A stretch of 64,000 nt of DNA from Candidatus Woesearchaeota archaeon. GTDB taxonomy: Archaea; Nanobdellota; Nanobdellia; Woesearchaeales; GW2011-AR9. Shown here one piece after another: positions 1 to 9,175 of this stretch (within the stretch, counting starts at the first letter, position 1; each line of letters begins with the position of its first letter). The translations under genes were made by a program, and so were the position numbers. Where the stretch lies: NCBI GenBank assembly GCA_016185625.1, contig JACPND010000007.1, positions 8,262 to 72,261 on the forward strand. The letters run 5' to 3'. The notes under the pieces were generated by a model. It did not search any database and had not been told where the DNA came from. It saw nothing but the letters and a program-made list of their open reading frames with translations.

Positions 1-700
1 CCCAGCTTTCGATCGTAAATAAAAAGTTGTCAGTTTCTTCGATGGCGATTTCCGGGTCAAGATCGGCAATAAACTCATAACTTTGCCATTCATAGAGTTT
101 TTCCTGATCGACAGCCAGTCTTCCGCTCTTGACTTCAAAAACGCCTTTGGGAGCCAATTTCACAATCGCTTCCGGATCTTTGACTTTGCCGATTTTTAAT
201 TTTGGCTCATGCTGATACCAGGCCCAGCCGGGGCACCATTTGGTATGTTCTTTTCCTAGTCCCAGAACTGCCGTCATGGTGCAGTCAATTTTCTGCCTGG
301 CGATAAGTTTGACAATCGGCATCTTTTCATAAACAAAAGTGCATTTGGGATCGGCGCTTTGTGCTTCTTCAGCATAGACGTAGCCTTTTTTGCTGGCTTT
401 GAGCGTTATTTTTAGTTCACAGCGCGCGCAGCCTTGGCCTTCACATTTGCATTTGGATTTTAATTCATAACTTTTCAGATCGGTTTTGATAGGGATCAAT
501 CCCAGGCGAAGGGAGACCATTTCGTCATAGAGTGCAGAACTATTATCACGGAATTCCACGTCCTCTACTGCCAGCGTAGGAACTTCTTCAATGATCAGGC
601 GGCGGATGGTATTCGCAAATATTTCATCTCCGCCTTTAAGCAGAAATGTAAACTTGCCGCGCTTGCGTTCATCTTTGATTTTATCGAGTTTGATTGCCAT
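1..700 (-). CDS. rpoD: DNA-directed RNA polymerase subunit D (Rpo3), N-terminal part; the gene runs off the window start
   Basis: Manual minus-strand translation from the ATG at 698-700 gives [41 protein letters not shown]... with a CKCEGQGCARCE Fe-S-like Cys cluster. It lies immediately downstream of S11, as in the conserved archaeal S13-S4-S11-RpoD operon. Confidence 0.8.
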   Translation of the reverse strand, partial: MAIKLDKIKDERKRGKFTFLLKGGDEIFANTIRRLIIEEVPTLAVEDVEFRDNSSALYDEMVSLRLGLIPIKTDLKSYELKSKCKCEGQGCARCELKITLKASKKGYVYAEEAQSADPKCTFVYEKMPIVKLIARQKIDCTMTAVLGLGKEHTKWCPGWAWYQHEPKLKIGKVKDPEAIVKLAPKGVFEVKSGRLAVDQEKLYEWQSYEFIADLDPEIAIEETDNFLFTIESW

Positions 701-1134
701 TATACCCTTCTCCCTCTCCGGCCGCCTTTCATCCGGCAGCCATTATGCGGTTCTGGCGTCACTTCTTCAATTTTTCCGATCCTGAAGCCTGATCGTGAAA
801 AAGCCCTGATTGCGGCTTGTGCTCCTGCTCCCGGGTTGCCAGGCCCATTATGGCCGCCGCGCGCCCGCACGCGAATGTAGAGTCCGGTAACGCCCTTGTC
901 GCGGATGATTTCTGCAATTTTTTTCACCGCCCCCATCGCTGCCGTCGGAGAACTTTCCAGGCGATCCTGCTTGACGATCTGTCCCCCGCTGGAGCGGGCA
1001 ATTGTTTCCATGCCGGTGACGTCGGTAACCGTAATGATGGTATTGTTATACGTCGATAAGATATGAGCTATCGCCCAGCGTATCCTGCCGCTGGTCATTT
1101 GCTGCCGTGGAATTTCATCACTTGCTTGCTTCAT
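700..1134 (-). CDS. rps11: 30S ribosomal protein S11 (uS11)
   Basis: 144-aa ORF containing WAIAHI...[12 protein letters not shown] and [11 protein letters not shown] motifs typical of uS11. Confidence 0.9.
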   Translation of the reverse strand: MKQASDEIPRQQMTSGRIRWAIAHILSTYNNTIITVTDVTGMETIARSSGGQIVKQDRLESSPTAAMGAVKKIAEIIRDKGVTGLYIRVRARGGHNGPGNPGAGAQAAIRAFSRSGFRIGKIEEVTPEPHNGCRMKGGRRGRRV

Positions 1135-1729
1135 GTTTCACCCTACGAACTGGATACTTCATCCTGCGATTCTGATGCGCTTCTGAAACCGGTCTTGGTT
1201 TTGGTTCCTTTTTCTGTATCGCGATGCGCTCCGGATGTGTTTCAGAGGCCAGAGTTGAACCCGGCCTGACAGTTATTGCTATTTCTTCTTCCCGTGAAAG
1301 TAAATACGATGGCGAGGTGATTTGTTTTTTTCCCACGATGATGTGCCGATGGGTGATGAACTGCCGCGCCTGTTTCATGCTTCTGGCAAGATTCTTGCGG
1401 AAGACCACGCTTTGCAGCCTGCGCTCCAGCAGGTCTTTGACCTGTAAACTGAGCACGTCGTCCAAGGGAGCGTTTTGCGGGAGCAGTCCCAGCCGGAATA
1501 CTTTACTCATCAGCATCTCTTTTTCTTTCTGGCCTTGTACGGTGGTGTCGGCAATCAGCCGCTTGGCCATATTCTTGTATTTCTTGAGCACGGAGGCGGC
1601 AATCAGGATTTCCTTCTTCTTGACGAGCCCAAATTCCTTTATCAGCGCACTACCTTCTTCAATAGCACTTTTGATCCAGGGATGCGCCGGCGGCGTGTAC
1701 TTTTTCTTTAAGCGTTTAATATCTCCCAT
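1118..1729 (-). CDS. rps4: 30S ribosomal protein S4 (uS4), archaeal type
   Basis: 203-aa ORF with uS4-like sequence ([11 protein letters not shown]...RLQSVVFR...); it sits between S13 and S11. Confidence 0.9.
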   Translation of the reverse strand: MGDIKRLKKKYTPPAHPWIKSAIEEGSALIKEFGLVKKKEILIAASVLKKYKNMAKRLIADTTVQGQKEKEMLMSKVFRLGLLPQNAPLDDVLSLQVKDLLERRLQSVVFRKNLARSMKQARQFITHRHIIVGKKQITSPSYLLSREEEIAITVRPGSTLASETHPERIAIQKKEPKPRPVSEAHQNRRMKYPVRRVKHEASK

Positions 1730-1731
1730 AT

Positions 1732-2247
1732 TTACTTACCCTTCTTTTCTTCGGCTGCTGCAGGAGCGGTTTCTTTCTTCTTTACCACACCTACAACTTT
1801 ACCTTTATTCTTCCTGAAGTTGGATCTGGTGCGCTGTCCTCTGACCGGCTGGCCATGGATGTGGCGCACGCCCACATATGATTTGATTTTCTTCTGGCGC
1901 TTGATATCATTGTCTACGGTAAACGTGAGAGTGCCGGTAAGAAAGTGCGTATCCGCTCCGGTGTCATAATCTTTTCGTCGGTTGAGCATCCAGGGGGGGA
2001 AGTTATATTTTGCAGGATTATTGACAATCTCATTTAGTTTTTTTATTTGCTCGTCGTTCAGCGTTCCGGTTTTGGTGGTTTTGTCGATGCCTGCAGTCAG
2101 GCAGACGCTGTCGGCAAAATTAATGCCCAGGCCCTTAATGCCCGTCAGTGCCAAGTGGATTTGTTTCTGTCCGGGAAGATCGACATTAGCGATACGCACA
2201 ATATGCTTAAACGATGCAGGTAATGGTCCGGGGTGAGTTTCTAGCAT
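1732..2247 (-). CDS. rps13: 30S ribosomal protein S13 (uS13)
   Basis: 171-aa ORF with IVRIANVDLPG...ALTGIKGLG typical of uS13 and a basic K-rich C-terminal tail. Confidence 0.9.
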   Translation of the reverse strand: MLETHPGPLPASFKHIVRIANVDLPGQKQIHLALTGIKGLGINFADSVCLTAGIDKTTKTGTLNDEQIKKLNEIVNNPAKYNFPPWMLNRRKDYDTGADTHFLTGTLTFTVDNDIKRQKKIKSYVGVRHIHGQPVRGQRTRSNFRKNKGKVVGVVKKKETAPAAAEEKKGK

Positions 2248-2367
2248 TTTTATACTCTAATATGGCACCGAGAAGGCACGATGGCTCTTATGAGTCCTAA
2301 AAGCGCGTGAACTCGGACTGTTATCTACCTAAAAACAGGGGTTCATTTATAAAGATTACGTTTTTGA

Positions 2368-2531
2368 GTAATACTTCAGCATCCTGAAGTGAAGCGTTAC
2401 CGTCTTCTCGCCTCTGGATGTTTTTATCGAGGACAGACATCTCCGTAAGAGACAACCCTCTGTCTGTTCGCAGTAAATGTTGAAGAGGCTCGACCTGATG
2501 ACGGTAACGCTTCATATTGCTGAAGTATTAC
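2368..2531. mobile_element. MITE-like palindromic element, family 1, copy 1 (12-bp TIR GTAATACTTCAG / CTGAAGTATTAC)
   Basis: Perfect 12-bp terminal inverted repeats; internal 14-bp stem GAAGCGTTACCGTC / GACGGTAACGCTTC; flanked by the 8-bp gtttttga. Confidence 0.75.
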
Positions 2532-2539
2532 GTTTTTGA

Positions 2540-2706
2540 GTAATACTTCAGCTTCTTGAAGTTAGAAGCTCTGCTATCTTCTCGCTTTTGACGTGTTTCT
2601 CGATAACTGACATTTCCCTGATGGAGCATCCCCTTTGTCAGTTCGCAGTAAACCATGAAAAAGCTCAACCTGAGGATAGCAGAGCTTCAGAAAGCTGAGG
2701 TATTAC
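2540..2706. mobile_element. MITE-like palindromic element, family 1, copy 2 (tandem with copy 1)
   Basis: Same TIRs (one end reads CTGAGGTATTAC); internal 14-bp stem GAAGCTCTGCTATC / GATAGCAGAGCTTC; the 8-bp gtttttga lies on both sides. Confidence 0.75.
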
Positions 2707-2742
2707 GTTTTTGAATTTTTTGGCAGTTGTATCTCCAATCGT

Positions 2743-3471
2743 CTATGAAATCAGAGCTGTTGAAAGATGGATAGGCAATTTTAATCTCTCTATCCTTTCC
2801 GCCAAATCCAAAGTAATTTCTTCTCCCTTCGACATCTTCTGGGACTCAACCCGCAGAATCGGATTCTCGCCTGCAAGCATTCGATAGGATTCCATAAACT
2901 CAGGATCTGCAATTCCGTATTGTTCATAAAACCTCAAAAAATCATCGATGGCACTAGAAGATTCTGGGAGCGTGTATAATGGCTGTCTCAATACCAGTTG
3001 GTTAAAATTAATTGCAAAATGCTCCAAAGTGCTGTTCTCTTTCACGTTTAACGCAGAAGATTGCTGCAATTGTTCCATAGACCAAGCGCCCACCAGTATT
3101 GCGTAGTCGAAGTGTATCGCTGACGCTGCTGCGATGTCTGCGCCGCTCACCAACGTTTTCTTTTCCGTATTGAAGTTGTGCCAAATGCCATAGCCCAGAA
3201 GTAGGAGCAAGTCGTGCGTGCTTTTGAGTACGGCAAGGTTTAATCTACGGTCGTAGCAGCTTATACGGGCGCCATTATCGTATTGCAATCGAAATCCAGA
3301 ATGCAGCAATTCTTCAGCGCAGGCTCCCGGCAGCAGGTCCAGAATGCGGTTCGGTTCCAGTTCATCTTCTAAATCTTCTCGTGGGCGGTGTGATTCGGCA
3401 TCCACAATTCTCGTCTTATGTGCATAGTTCAGATTCCACTTTTTCACCAATGCCGCCGTCGCCGGGTTCAT
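2743..3471 (-). CDS. hypothetical protein (242 aa)
   Basis: ORF immediately downstream of the Ser/Thr kinase gene on the same strand; no motif recognised. Confidence 0.45.
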   Translation of the reverse strand: MNPATAALVKKWNLNYAHKTRIVDAESHRPREDLEDELEPNRILDLLPGACAEELLHSGFRLQYDNGARISCYDRRLNLAVLKSTHDLLLLLGYGIWHNFNTEKKTLVSGADIAAASAIHFDYAILVGAWSMEQLQQSSALNVKENSTLEHFAINFNQLVLRQPLYTLPESSSAIDDFLRFYEQYGIADPEFMESYRMLAGENPILRVESQKMSKGEEITLDLAERIERLKLPIHLSTALIS

Positions 3472-3662
3472 AATTGACGCAAGAATGAGGCGAACTTTAT
3501 AAATATTTTGTACCTAAATAGTAGATAAAATTAAAGTGGGGGCTTCCGAAATGTGCCAAATTAGTATTGTTTATGATAGGGGATTCTTCCACGCTAAAAC
3601 CGAAGAGCTACAAGATTGATTATTGCCAATTAGATTTTATTTAGCGTCATTAAAAAAGAATA

Positions 3663-4841
3663 TTAAACAACATCAAAATGTGACACTTCGGGGGCTTCTG
3701 ATGCTCTGCCGGGCAACAGTGATGGCGTGTGTTCCGCGGGGGCCGCTGCACATTGAATAACTATCGACGCTCGCTTCCCCTGTGCCAGATTTTCTGCTTC
3801 TGTTTTGAGCGGTTCGAGTTGTCGACGCTGCGGTGTCGGTTCGAGTGCCCGGTACAAGGCGTTCAGTAAATTCTCGTCGGAAAAACCGCGATTGCGCACA
3901 GTATTCAGCAGTTGCTGTAGTGCATTCTGGTTGTACCACTGAACATCGGCGATCACCCGTTCTGCATCATTGGAACCGCTAAAAGCGCCCTTTCCCGTAA
4001 GCAATTCATAGGCCACAAGTCCAAGCTGGAAAATGTTAATCGCTGGAGTAAGCTGTTCTACCCTTACTTGCTCCGGTGATAAGTACATGAGCGTTCCGAT
4101 GATAGTCTCTTTTGGACGGTCAAGATCTTTTACGAGCCTGCTCCACTCAGTTGGGAACCCTTCCTGAAAAATCACGCCTTTCCGTCGCTGGGCAATGCCA
4201 AAATCAATAACTTTGGCGGTTCCGTGGCCGGGAACATCTTTTTTTTGATACAGGATATTTTCTGGTTTAACATCACGGTGGATGATGCCTTCCAATGCAC
4301 AATGTTTCAGTGCGGTGGCACTATCCGCAATAATGCGTCCAACATCGGCAACATCAATTCCCCCGCTTAGCATATCCGCTGAATTTTCGCTTTTAAAATA
4401 TTCTATTGCGATTTCCGAGAACAACTTGCCGTCAGCAACGTAAAACCGCTGACCGCGATAGCCAATCACGTGTGGATCGCCATTCAGGAGCTTCAACGCT
4501 TCCCGTTCGCGAATCACGGCACCCAGTCTAAACAGTTCCATATGTTTCAGTTGCAGCTGGTGCTCTCCTAATCTCAGGTTGTCTGCTTCTAGATAGGCGA
4601 TCTCGGCAGGCGGCACAACTCCTTCTCTGTACCCAGTGACACCTTCTCTATACCCAGTGACATTAAGAATTAACGACCGCTTTGCAGCGTATGATTCACC
4701 TGTCATCGGATTAAATACTTGATATACTCGACCCCATCCGCCCCGGCCGATTTCCTTCTCTTCGATGTATTTTAGAGCGTCCGGACTAGGCCAGTCCTCC
4801 GACGGCTGTTGCTGGTATGGAAAGGGTGTTTTTGTGTTCAT
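3663..4841 (-). CDS. Hanks-type Ser/Thr protein kinase
   Basis: IGRGGWGRVY (Gly loop), AAKR (VAIK-like), HRDVKPENIL (catalytic loop), DFGIA, SPE. It also contains a 21-bp tandem DNA repeat encoding VTGYREG twice. Confidence 0.85.
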   Translation of the reverse strand: MNTKTPFPYQQQPSEDWPSPDALKYIEEKEIGRGGWGRVYQVFNPMTGESYAAKRSLILNVTGYREGVTGYREGVVPPAEIAYLEADNLRLGEHQLQLKHMELFRLGAVIREREALKLLNGDPHVIGYRGQRFYVADGKLFSEIAIEYFKSENSADMLSGGIDVADVGRIIADSATALKHCALEGIIHRDVKPENILYQKKDVPGHGTAKVIDFGIAQRRKGVIFQEGFPTEWSRLVKDLDRPKETIIGTLMYLSPEQVRVEQLTPAINIFQLGLVAYELLTGKGAFSGSNDAERVIADVQWYNQNALQQLLNTVRNRGFSDENLLNALYRALEPTPQRRQLEPLKTEAENLAQGKRASIVIQCAAAPAEHTPSLLPGRASEAPEVSHFDVV

Positions 4842-4933
4842 TTTATCTCTTAAAAAGGGTATTTATTTATAAATGTTTCTGTTTTTATCACTTTAAAGTT
4901 GTCACACCTAGCTTTTTTTTCGTTGTTCAAAGG

Positions 4934-5317
4934 CTACCAGTCAGTCACCACAAATGCAGTTCCTGCGGTAACAATAGCCGGCACATTTGATCCTACCTCT
5001 GATGGTAGAATTGGCTGCCAGGTGTATTCTTCACTATCCTGAGATTTCCACACTTGTAAAGCTCGTTCTACCGTCTGGAGTGAGTCGTAGGTAAGTCCGT
5101 TGTATCTGGCTCGTAAACTGCGTAATTCACGAAGATCTTCCACTATCCTTCGCCTGCTCCCCGTGGCGCTTCGACTCCTGGCTGCCAGTTCCAGTTCTCC
5201 TAAATGGTAGTGCAGTTCCAAAGCATTTTCGGCGCTTCGTTCTCGTTTCTCCGTAAAGCCAACTCCATTGGTCACCACTTGTTCAATCAAGCCAATGTAT
5301 GTTTCTTTCCCTGCCAT
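4934..5317 (-). CDS. hypothetical protein (127 aa), first gene of the kinase cassette
   Basis: ORF upstream of and co-directional with the kinase; no motif recognised. Confidence 0.4.
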   Translation of the reverse strand: MAGKETYIGLIEQVVTNGVGFTEKRERSAENALELHYHLGELELAARSRSATGSRRRIVEDLRELRSLRARYNGLTYDSLQTVERALQVWKSQDSEEYTWQPILPSEVGSNVPAIVTAGTAFVVTDW

Positions 5318-5412
5318 AGTACCTTCTCTGAAATATATAATATATATGTAATCTATGCGCTGGAATGCTACCTATTTAAAAGCTTTATGTGCCAAACTTT
5401 GTGAGCGCCCTG

Positions 5413-6852
5413 CTACTCTTCAGAAACCGGAAGGGAAATAAGATTCTCCGGAGAAGAAGCAGCCCTTGTCGTCTCTTCTTTTTTCTCTTCCTCTCTCATC
5501 TCTTCTTCTTTTTTCTGTCTTCTTCTCTTTTTTTTCTCTTCCTCATCAGACTTTTCTTCCCGATGCCGGCGCCATTTTAAAATCGTATAATTCGCCGGAT
5601 TCTTGATCCGTGAACAGAAGGAATCCGGCCGGCAGACGCCTATACCTTTGTAATATGCCTCATTATTACAATTTGGCGGCAAGCGTTCTCCGGCGGTAAA
5701 ATGGGCCAATTGTCCTTTGATATATACTTCCCGCAGCGGCTCCCTGTTTTTCTCTGCATTCCACTTCCGCAAAAATTCTTCAATCTCTGTTTTGCTCCAA
5801 CCCACCTTTCCTAAGAAATTGGCCATGCAGAATACGGCCCGCTTCTTGCCATCGTCCAGGCCCTGCAAGATTAATTTCATGCACGGCGGAAAGAAATCTT
5901 CCGTAATCGGGCTTTGGATGACCATTTCCTCTGCCTGTCTTTTCGGGACATCTTCCGGTGGCACTTTTATTTCATAATCCATGGCCTGCACTAACAGGCG
6001 GCGGGCGCTTTCATTAAGGATATTCCGTTCGAGAAAGACAAACATCGGCGTAAGTATCTTCTCCGGCGCGGCCATACTCTTTTCAAATTCGAGTACGCGA
6101 TCCGGATCGATGGGCAGGCTCACCAATCCTGATTTCTCATGCAGGCTATAGGGCATGCGGTACAGGTGGCGTGATGCCAGCAGGATGGTGTCAATCTCCA
6201 GGAATTTTTCCACATCCAGTTTTGGTACGGAAATTCCCTGTATGGTCTCATATCTGATAATATCTTCCTGCCGGACTTTTTCTTTGATGTTGCTGATATT
6301 TTTTTCAAAAGTTAAGATCTGCCTTCCTAATTCTTCTTTGATATTCTCTTTGATATACAACGCCATTTTTCGCGGCGCCTCGGGAAAAAGATCTTTGGTC
6401 AGAACATTGCCCACTTTCTGCGGAAAGGCTTCAAACGGCACGCCGATATGGAACCCTTTATTTCCGGAATACTTGACCGAAACATCTTTCACTTCGCAAT
6501 ATCTCAGGAACTTGACGATCAAGTCTGCACAGATCCGGCTGTATTCCATCACTGCGCAATCGATGTCCAATACCAAATCCCAGCCGCTGCGCAAGGCATC
6601 TAAATCTTTTTTACTGGAAGTACTGCTTAACGCCAAGGGATTCTGCCAGCGTTCCTCGCTCGCATGAAAGGAAGTGGCGTTTCTCAGCGCCAGTTCGATG
6701 ATGTCTCGGGGATAACTCAGCACATCCGGCCGCTTGCCGAAGGTTTCAGTATATCGCACGCCTACTTCCTTATCGCGGGCATGCTCTACGATTGCGAGCT
6801 GGATATCTGGCCGCTTGTAGAATTTCAGGCAGGTGCTTTTATCGATGGGCAT
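5413..6852 (-). CDS. priS: DNA primase small subunit (AEP fold) fused to a PriL-CTD-like Fe-S domain
   Basis: LVLDIDCAV (DxD motif) and SGNKGFHIGVPF (primase motif); C-terminal FFPPCMKLIL...C...C...C resembles the PPCM Fe-S region of PriL; K/E-rich C-terminal tail. Confidence 0.65.
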   Translation of the reverse strand: MPIDKSTCLKFYKRPDIQLAIVEHARDKEVGVRYTETFGKRPDVLSYPRDIIELALRNATSFHASEERWQNPLALSSTSSKKDLDALRSGWDLVLDIDCAVMEYSRICADLIVKFLRYCEVKDVSVKYSGNKGFHIGVPFEAFPQKVGNVLTKDLFPEAPRKMALYIKENIKEELGRQILTFEKNISNIKEKVRQEDIIRYETIQGISVPKLDVEKFLEIDTILLASRHLYRMPYSLHEKSGLVSLPIDPDRVLEFEKSMAAPEKILTPMFVFLERNILNESARRLLVQAMDYEIKVPPEDVPKRQAEEMVIQSPITEDFFPPCMKLILQGLDDGKKRAVFCMANFLGKVGWSKTEIEEFLRKWNAEKNREPLREVYIKGQLAHFTAGERLPPNCNNEAYYKGIGVCRPDSFCSRIKNPANYTILKWRRHREEKSDEEEKKKRRRQKKEEEMREEEKKEETTRAASSPENLISLPVSEE

Positions 6853-6971
6853 AACGCAGTTAAGAGGGCAGGTACTTTAATTATTTTGTTGTTGGATAAG
6901 GTATATTTACTATTCTAAAGAATGAACTATGTTTCATAAGTCATTTAAAAAACCTTTTCTCGCAGGAGAGC

Positions 6972-7886
6972 ATGACTGATGAATCTAAAGGAATAGTCCA
7001 TTTCGGAATCAATGATGTTTTTGATGTTCAGACTAAAAAACAGTATTATGATCATTTAATGATTATTGGCGGTTGTGGACGAGGTACGTACGAAAATGGC
7101 TTCGCTCCTGATTTTCAAAGGAAAATGAAACAGTTTGATCTGTTAATGAAAGAAAAAACGCCTATTGATTTAGGTAACGGAAAAGTAGAAGCAATGTCTC
7201 CAAGGGATCTCAAGTGCCGGTATGATGGGCATAGTTTGGGTGAAGACGTAGACGCAGCCTATAGATATGTATCATTAGATGTAAGGATAGGTCCGACTTC
7301 ATTCCAGGAATGGAAGCAGGATTATAATCGCTCCCCCGAGCAGGCGGCGGCTTTACAAAGTTTAGGATTAGAACAACATGCTGATAAAGGATTCTATCTC
7401 TCCAATGGATTAGGTGCAGTGGTTCTGACTCTGACCCGAGAAAAAGATGTGGTCGTAGGAGTTCGCCAAAGCGATTCATATGATGGAGCAATTCATGGAG
7501 CAGCAGGATGGATGACGTTTAATCAAGACTTCTCCCAAATTCATCCCCAGCAAGACGCCTACAGAGAACTGCAGGAAGAATTGAATGTAAAACCAGAAGA
7601 AGTTTCTTCACTGACACTCATTGGTCTGGTAGCCTATCCCAAGACGCTGGAAGCTGATTTTGTGTATGTGGCACAGACTACAAAAGAGAGGGAATATTTT
7701 TCAAGCGGGAAATGGAAAGATTCTGTCGATGCCCGAGAACATCGTGATCTAGTTTTATTATCTAATTCTCAAAAGATAGGACAACTGGTGAACGAGGGAA
7801 AAATTCCAGACTCTCCAGAAAAGAAATATGATGTTCTTCCATCCACAAAATATGGGTTGAACGTCCTTGCTGAACATCATTTTTAA
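6972..7886 (+). CDS. hypothetical protein, possibly a divergent Nudix-like hydrolase
   Basis: 304-aa ORF; the segment GAAGWMTF...AYRELQEELNV is a partial match to the Nudix box. Weak. Confidence 0.35.
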   Translation: MTDESKGIVHFGINDVFDVQTKKQYYDHLMIIGGCGRGTYENGFAPDFQRKMKQFDLLMKEKTPIDLGNGKVEAMSPRDLKCRYDGHSLGEDVDAAYRYVSLDVRIGPTSFQEWKQDYNRSPEQAAALQSLGLEQHADKGFYLSNGLGAVVLTLTREKDVVVGVRQSDSYDGAIHGAAGWMTFNQDFSQIHPQQDAYRELQEELNVKPEEVSSLTLIGLVAYPKTLEADFVYVAQTTKEREYFSSGKWKDSVDAREHRDLVLLSNSQKIGQLVNEGKIPDSPEKKYDVLPSTKYGLNVLAEHHF

Positions 7887-8565
7887 GATGACTCTCAATA
7901 AATCCTGCTTTTTTTTCGACATCGACGGAACACTCATTGATTTTCGCCAGACTTGGGAACAGACCTATAATTCTTTATACCAAGAGCATCATGGTTTCAC
8001 ACTAAATGCTCCGGAAATGAAAAGTATGTTTGGCCCGCCGGAAGCGGAAGGCCATGAGAAGATTCTTCGTGGACGAGGATTGTATACTGAAGAAGGCGTC
8101 CAGCAACTCGTGGCCGCAACCGAAACAGCTATGCTCTCTACTCTGGGGCAAACCAAAATAGAGCCACTGCCAGGAGTTATCAACACACTGAATGAATTAC
8201 AGCGACAACACGCGACGCTCGCCTGTTACACTGGAAATCAGGAGTCCATTGCCAAAGATCTTCTGAAGGCTTCTTCGTTAGATTCGTATTTCGAAGTATT
8301 GGCCTGGTCTGATGCAAAAACAACCTCTCGCCATCAGGTACTCCAGCAAGCGGTGGACAAGTTAGCAGCAAGAGGAAAAGTATTTGAGCCGAGAAACTGC
8401 TATGGCATTGGTGATTCTCCGTCAGACATCACAACGGCGCATGCCTTCGGCTTCACTGCGGTGGCGGTGGCGACAGGACCTTATAAACGAGGGGAGTTGG
8501 AAAGATGCAATCCGCATTATATACTCAATAACATGACGCAGTTTCAAAAGACTCTTTTCCTTTGA
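7867..8565 (+). CDS. HAD-superfamily hydrolase (phosphatase)
   Basis: FFFDIDGTLID (HAD motif I DxDGT) and GDSPSDI (motif IV). Confidence 0.75.
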   Translation: MLNIIFKMTLNKSCFFFDIDGTLIDFRQTWEQTYNSLYQEHHGFTLNAPEMKSMFGPPEAEGHEKILRGRGLYTEEGVQQLVAATETAMLSTLGQTKIEPLPGVINTLNELQRQHATLACYTGNQESIAKDLLKASSLDSYFEVLAWSDAKTTSRHQVLQQAVDKLAARGKVFEPRNCYGIGDSPSDITTAHAFGFTAVAVATGPYKRGELERCNPHYILNNMTQFQKTLFL

Positions 8566-8644
8566 TGAAAAATTGATGGTTGTTGTCGCCACTAATTACA
8601 TCATTCATAAATCTTAAATATGCAATTGTTTCCTTCAGAATGGA

Positions 8645-9175
8645 ATGAAAGAATATGCTTATGAAAATGGGAAGTCGTTTTCTCTGGGGGATCTGGAATC
8701 CCATTTCATAGACAAAGACAGCTATGCCCGGGCTCATCAAGGGTTGCCTATCGCTTGCCATGATGTAATAATAGAGCATAATAACGGATTGCTCCTGATT
8801 GAACGGAATAACGTCCCAGTAAAAAAGGAACTCTGGTTTATCGGCGGCCGCATCGAACGGGGAATGCCCATTGTCGATTCTCTTCGAAAAAAAGTGAGAG
8901 CAGAATGCGGCTTAGAATTATCTGATATCCGTGAACTGGGAACTGCGCGCACCTTTTTCAAGACCGATCCTTTCGGCCACGGCCACGGCACAGATACGAT
9001 AAACTTGATCTTCTTTGCACGGGGGAAGGGAGAAATTAAACTGGACACCTGGCATAAAAATCCCGTGCTGGTGCATCCCCAGGATTATACCGTGCAATTC
9101 AGAAAAAAGTTACATCCCTATGTTCGTGATTTCATGGATGAGGGAATGAAAATTTTAGAAACTATGCGTTCATAA
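8645..9175 (+). CDS. NUDIX hydrolase
   Basis: GGRIERGMPIVDSLRKKVRAECGLEL resembles the Nudix box GX5EX7REuXEEXGu. Confidence 0.55.
   Translation: MKEYAYENGKSFSLGDLESHFIDKDSYARAHQGLPIACHDVIIEHNNGLLLIERNNVPVKKELWFIGGRIERGMPIVDSLRKKVRAECGLELSDIRELGTARTFFKTDPFGHGHGTDTINLIFFARGKGEIKLDTWHKNPVLVHPQDYTVQFRKKLHPYVRDFMDEGMKILETMRS

Noticed and set aside
2468-2500. CUGAUGA hammerhead-like motif inside family 1 element copy 1
   Set aside because: The heptamer is absent from the other two copies (CUGAGGA; CCAAGGA), so it is not a conserved catalytic core.
2321-2515. 64-aa ORF overlapping the family 1 MITE
   Set aside because: Lies entirely within the palindromic repeat; stop-free by chance.
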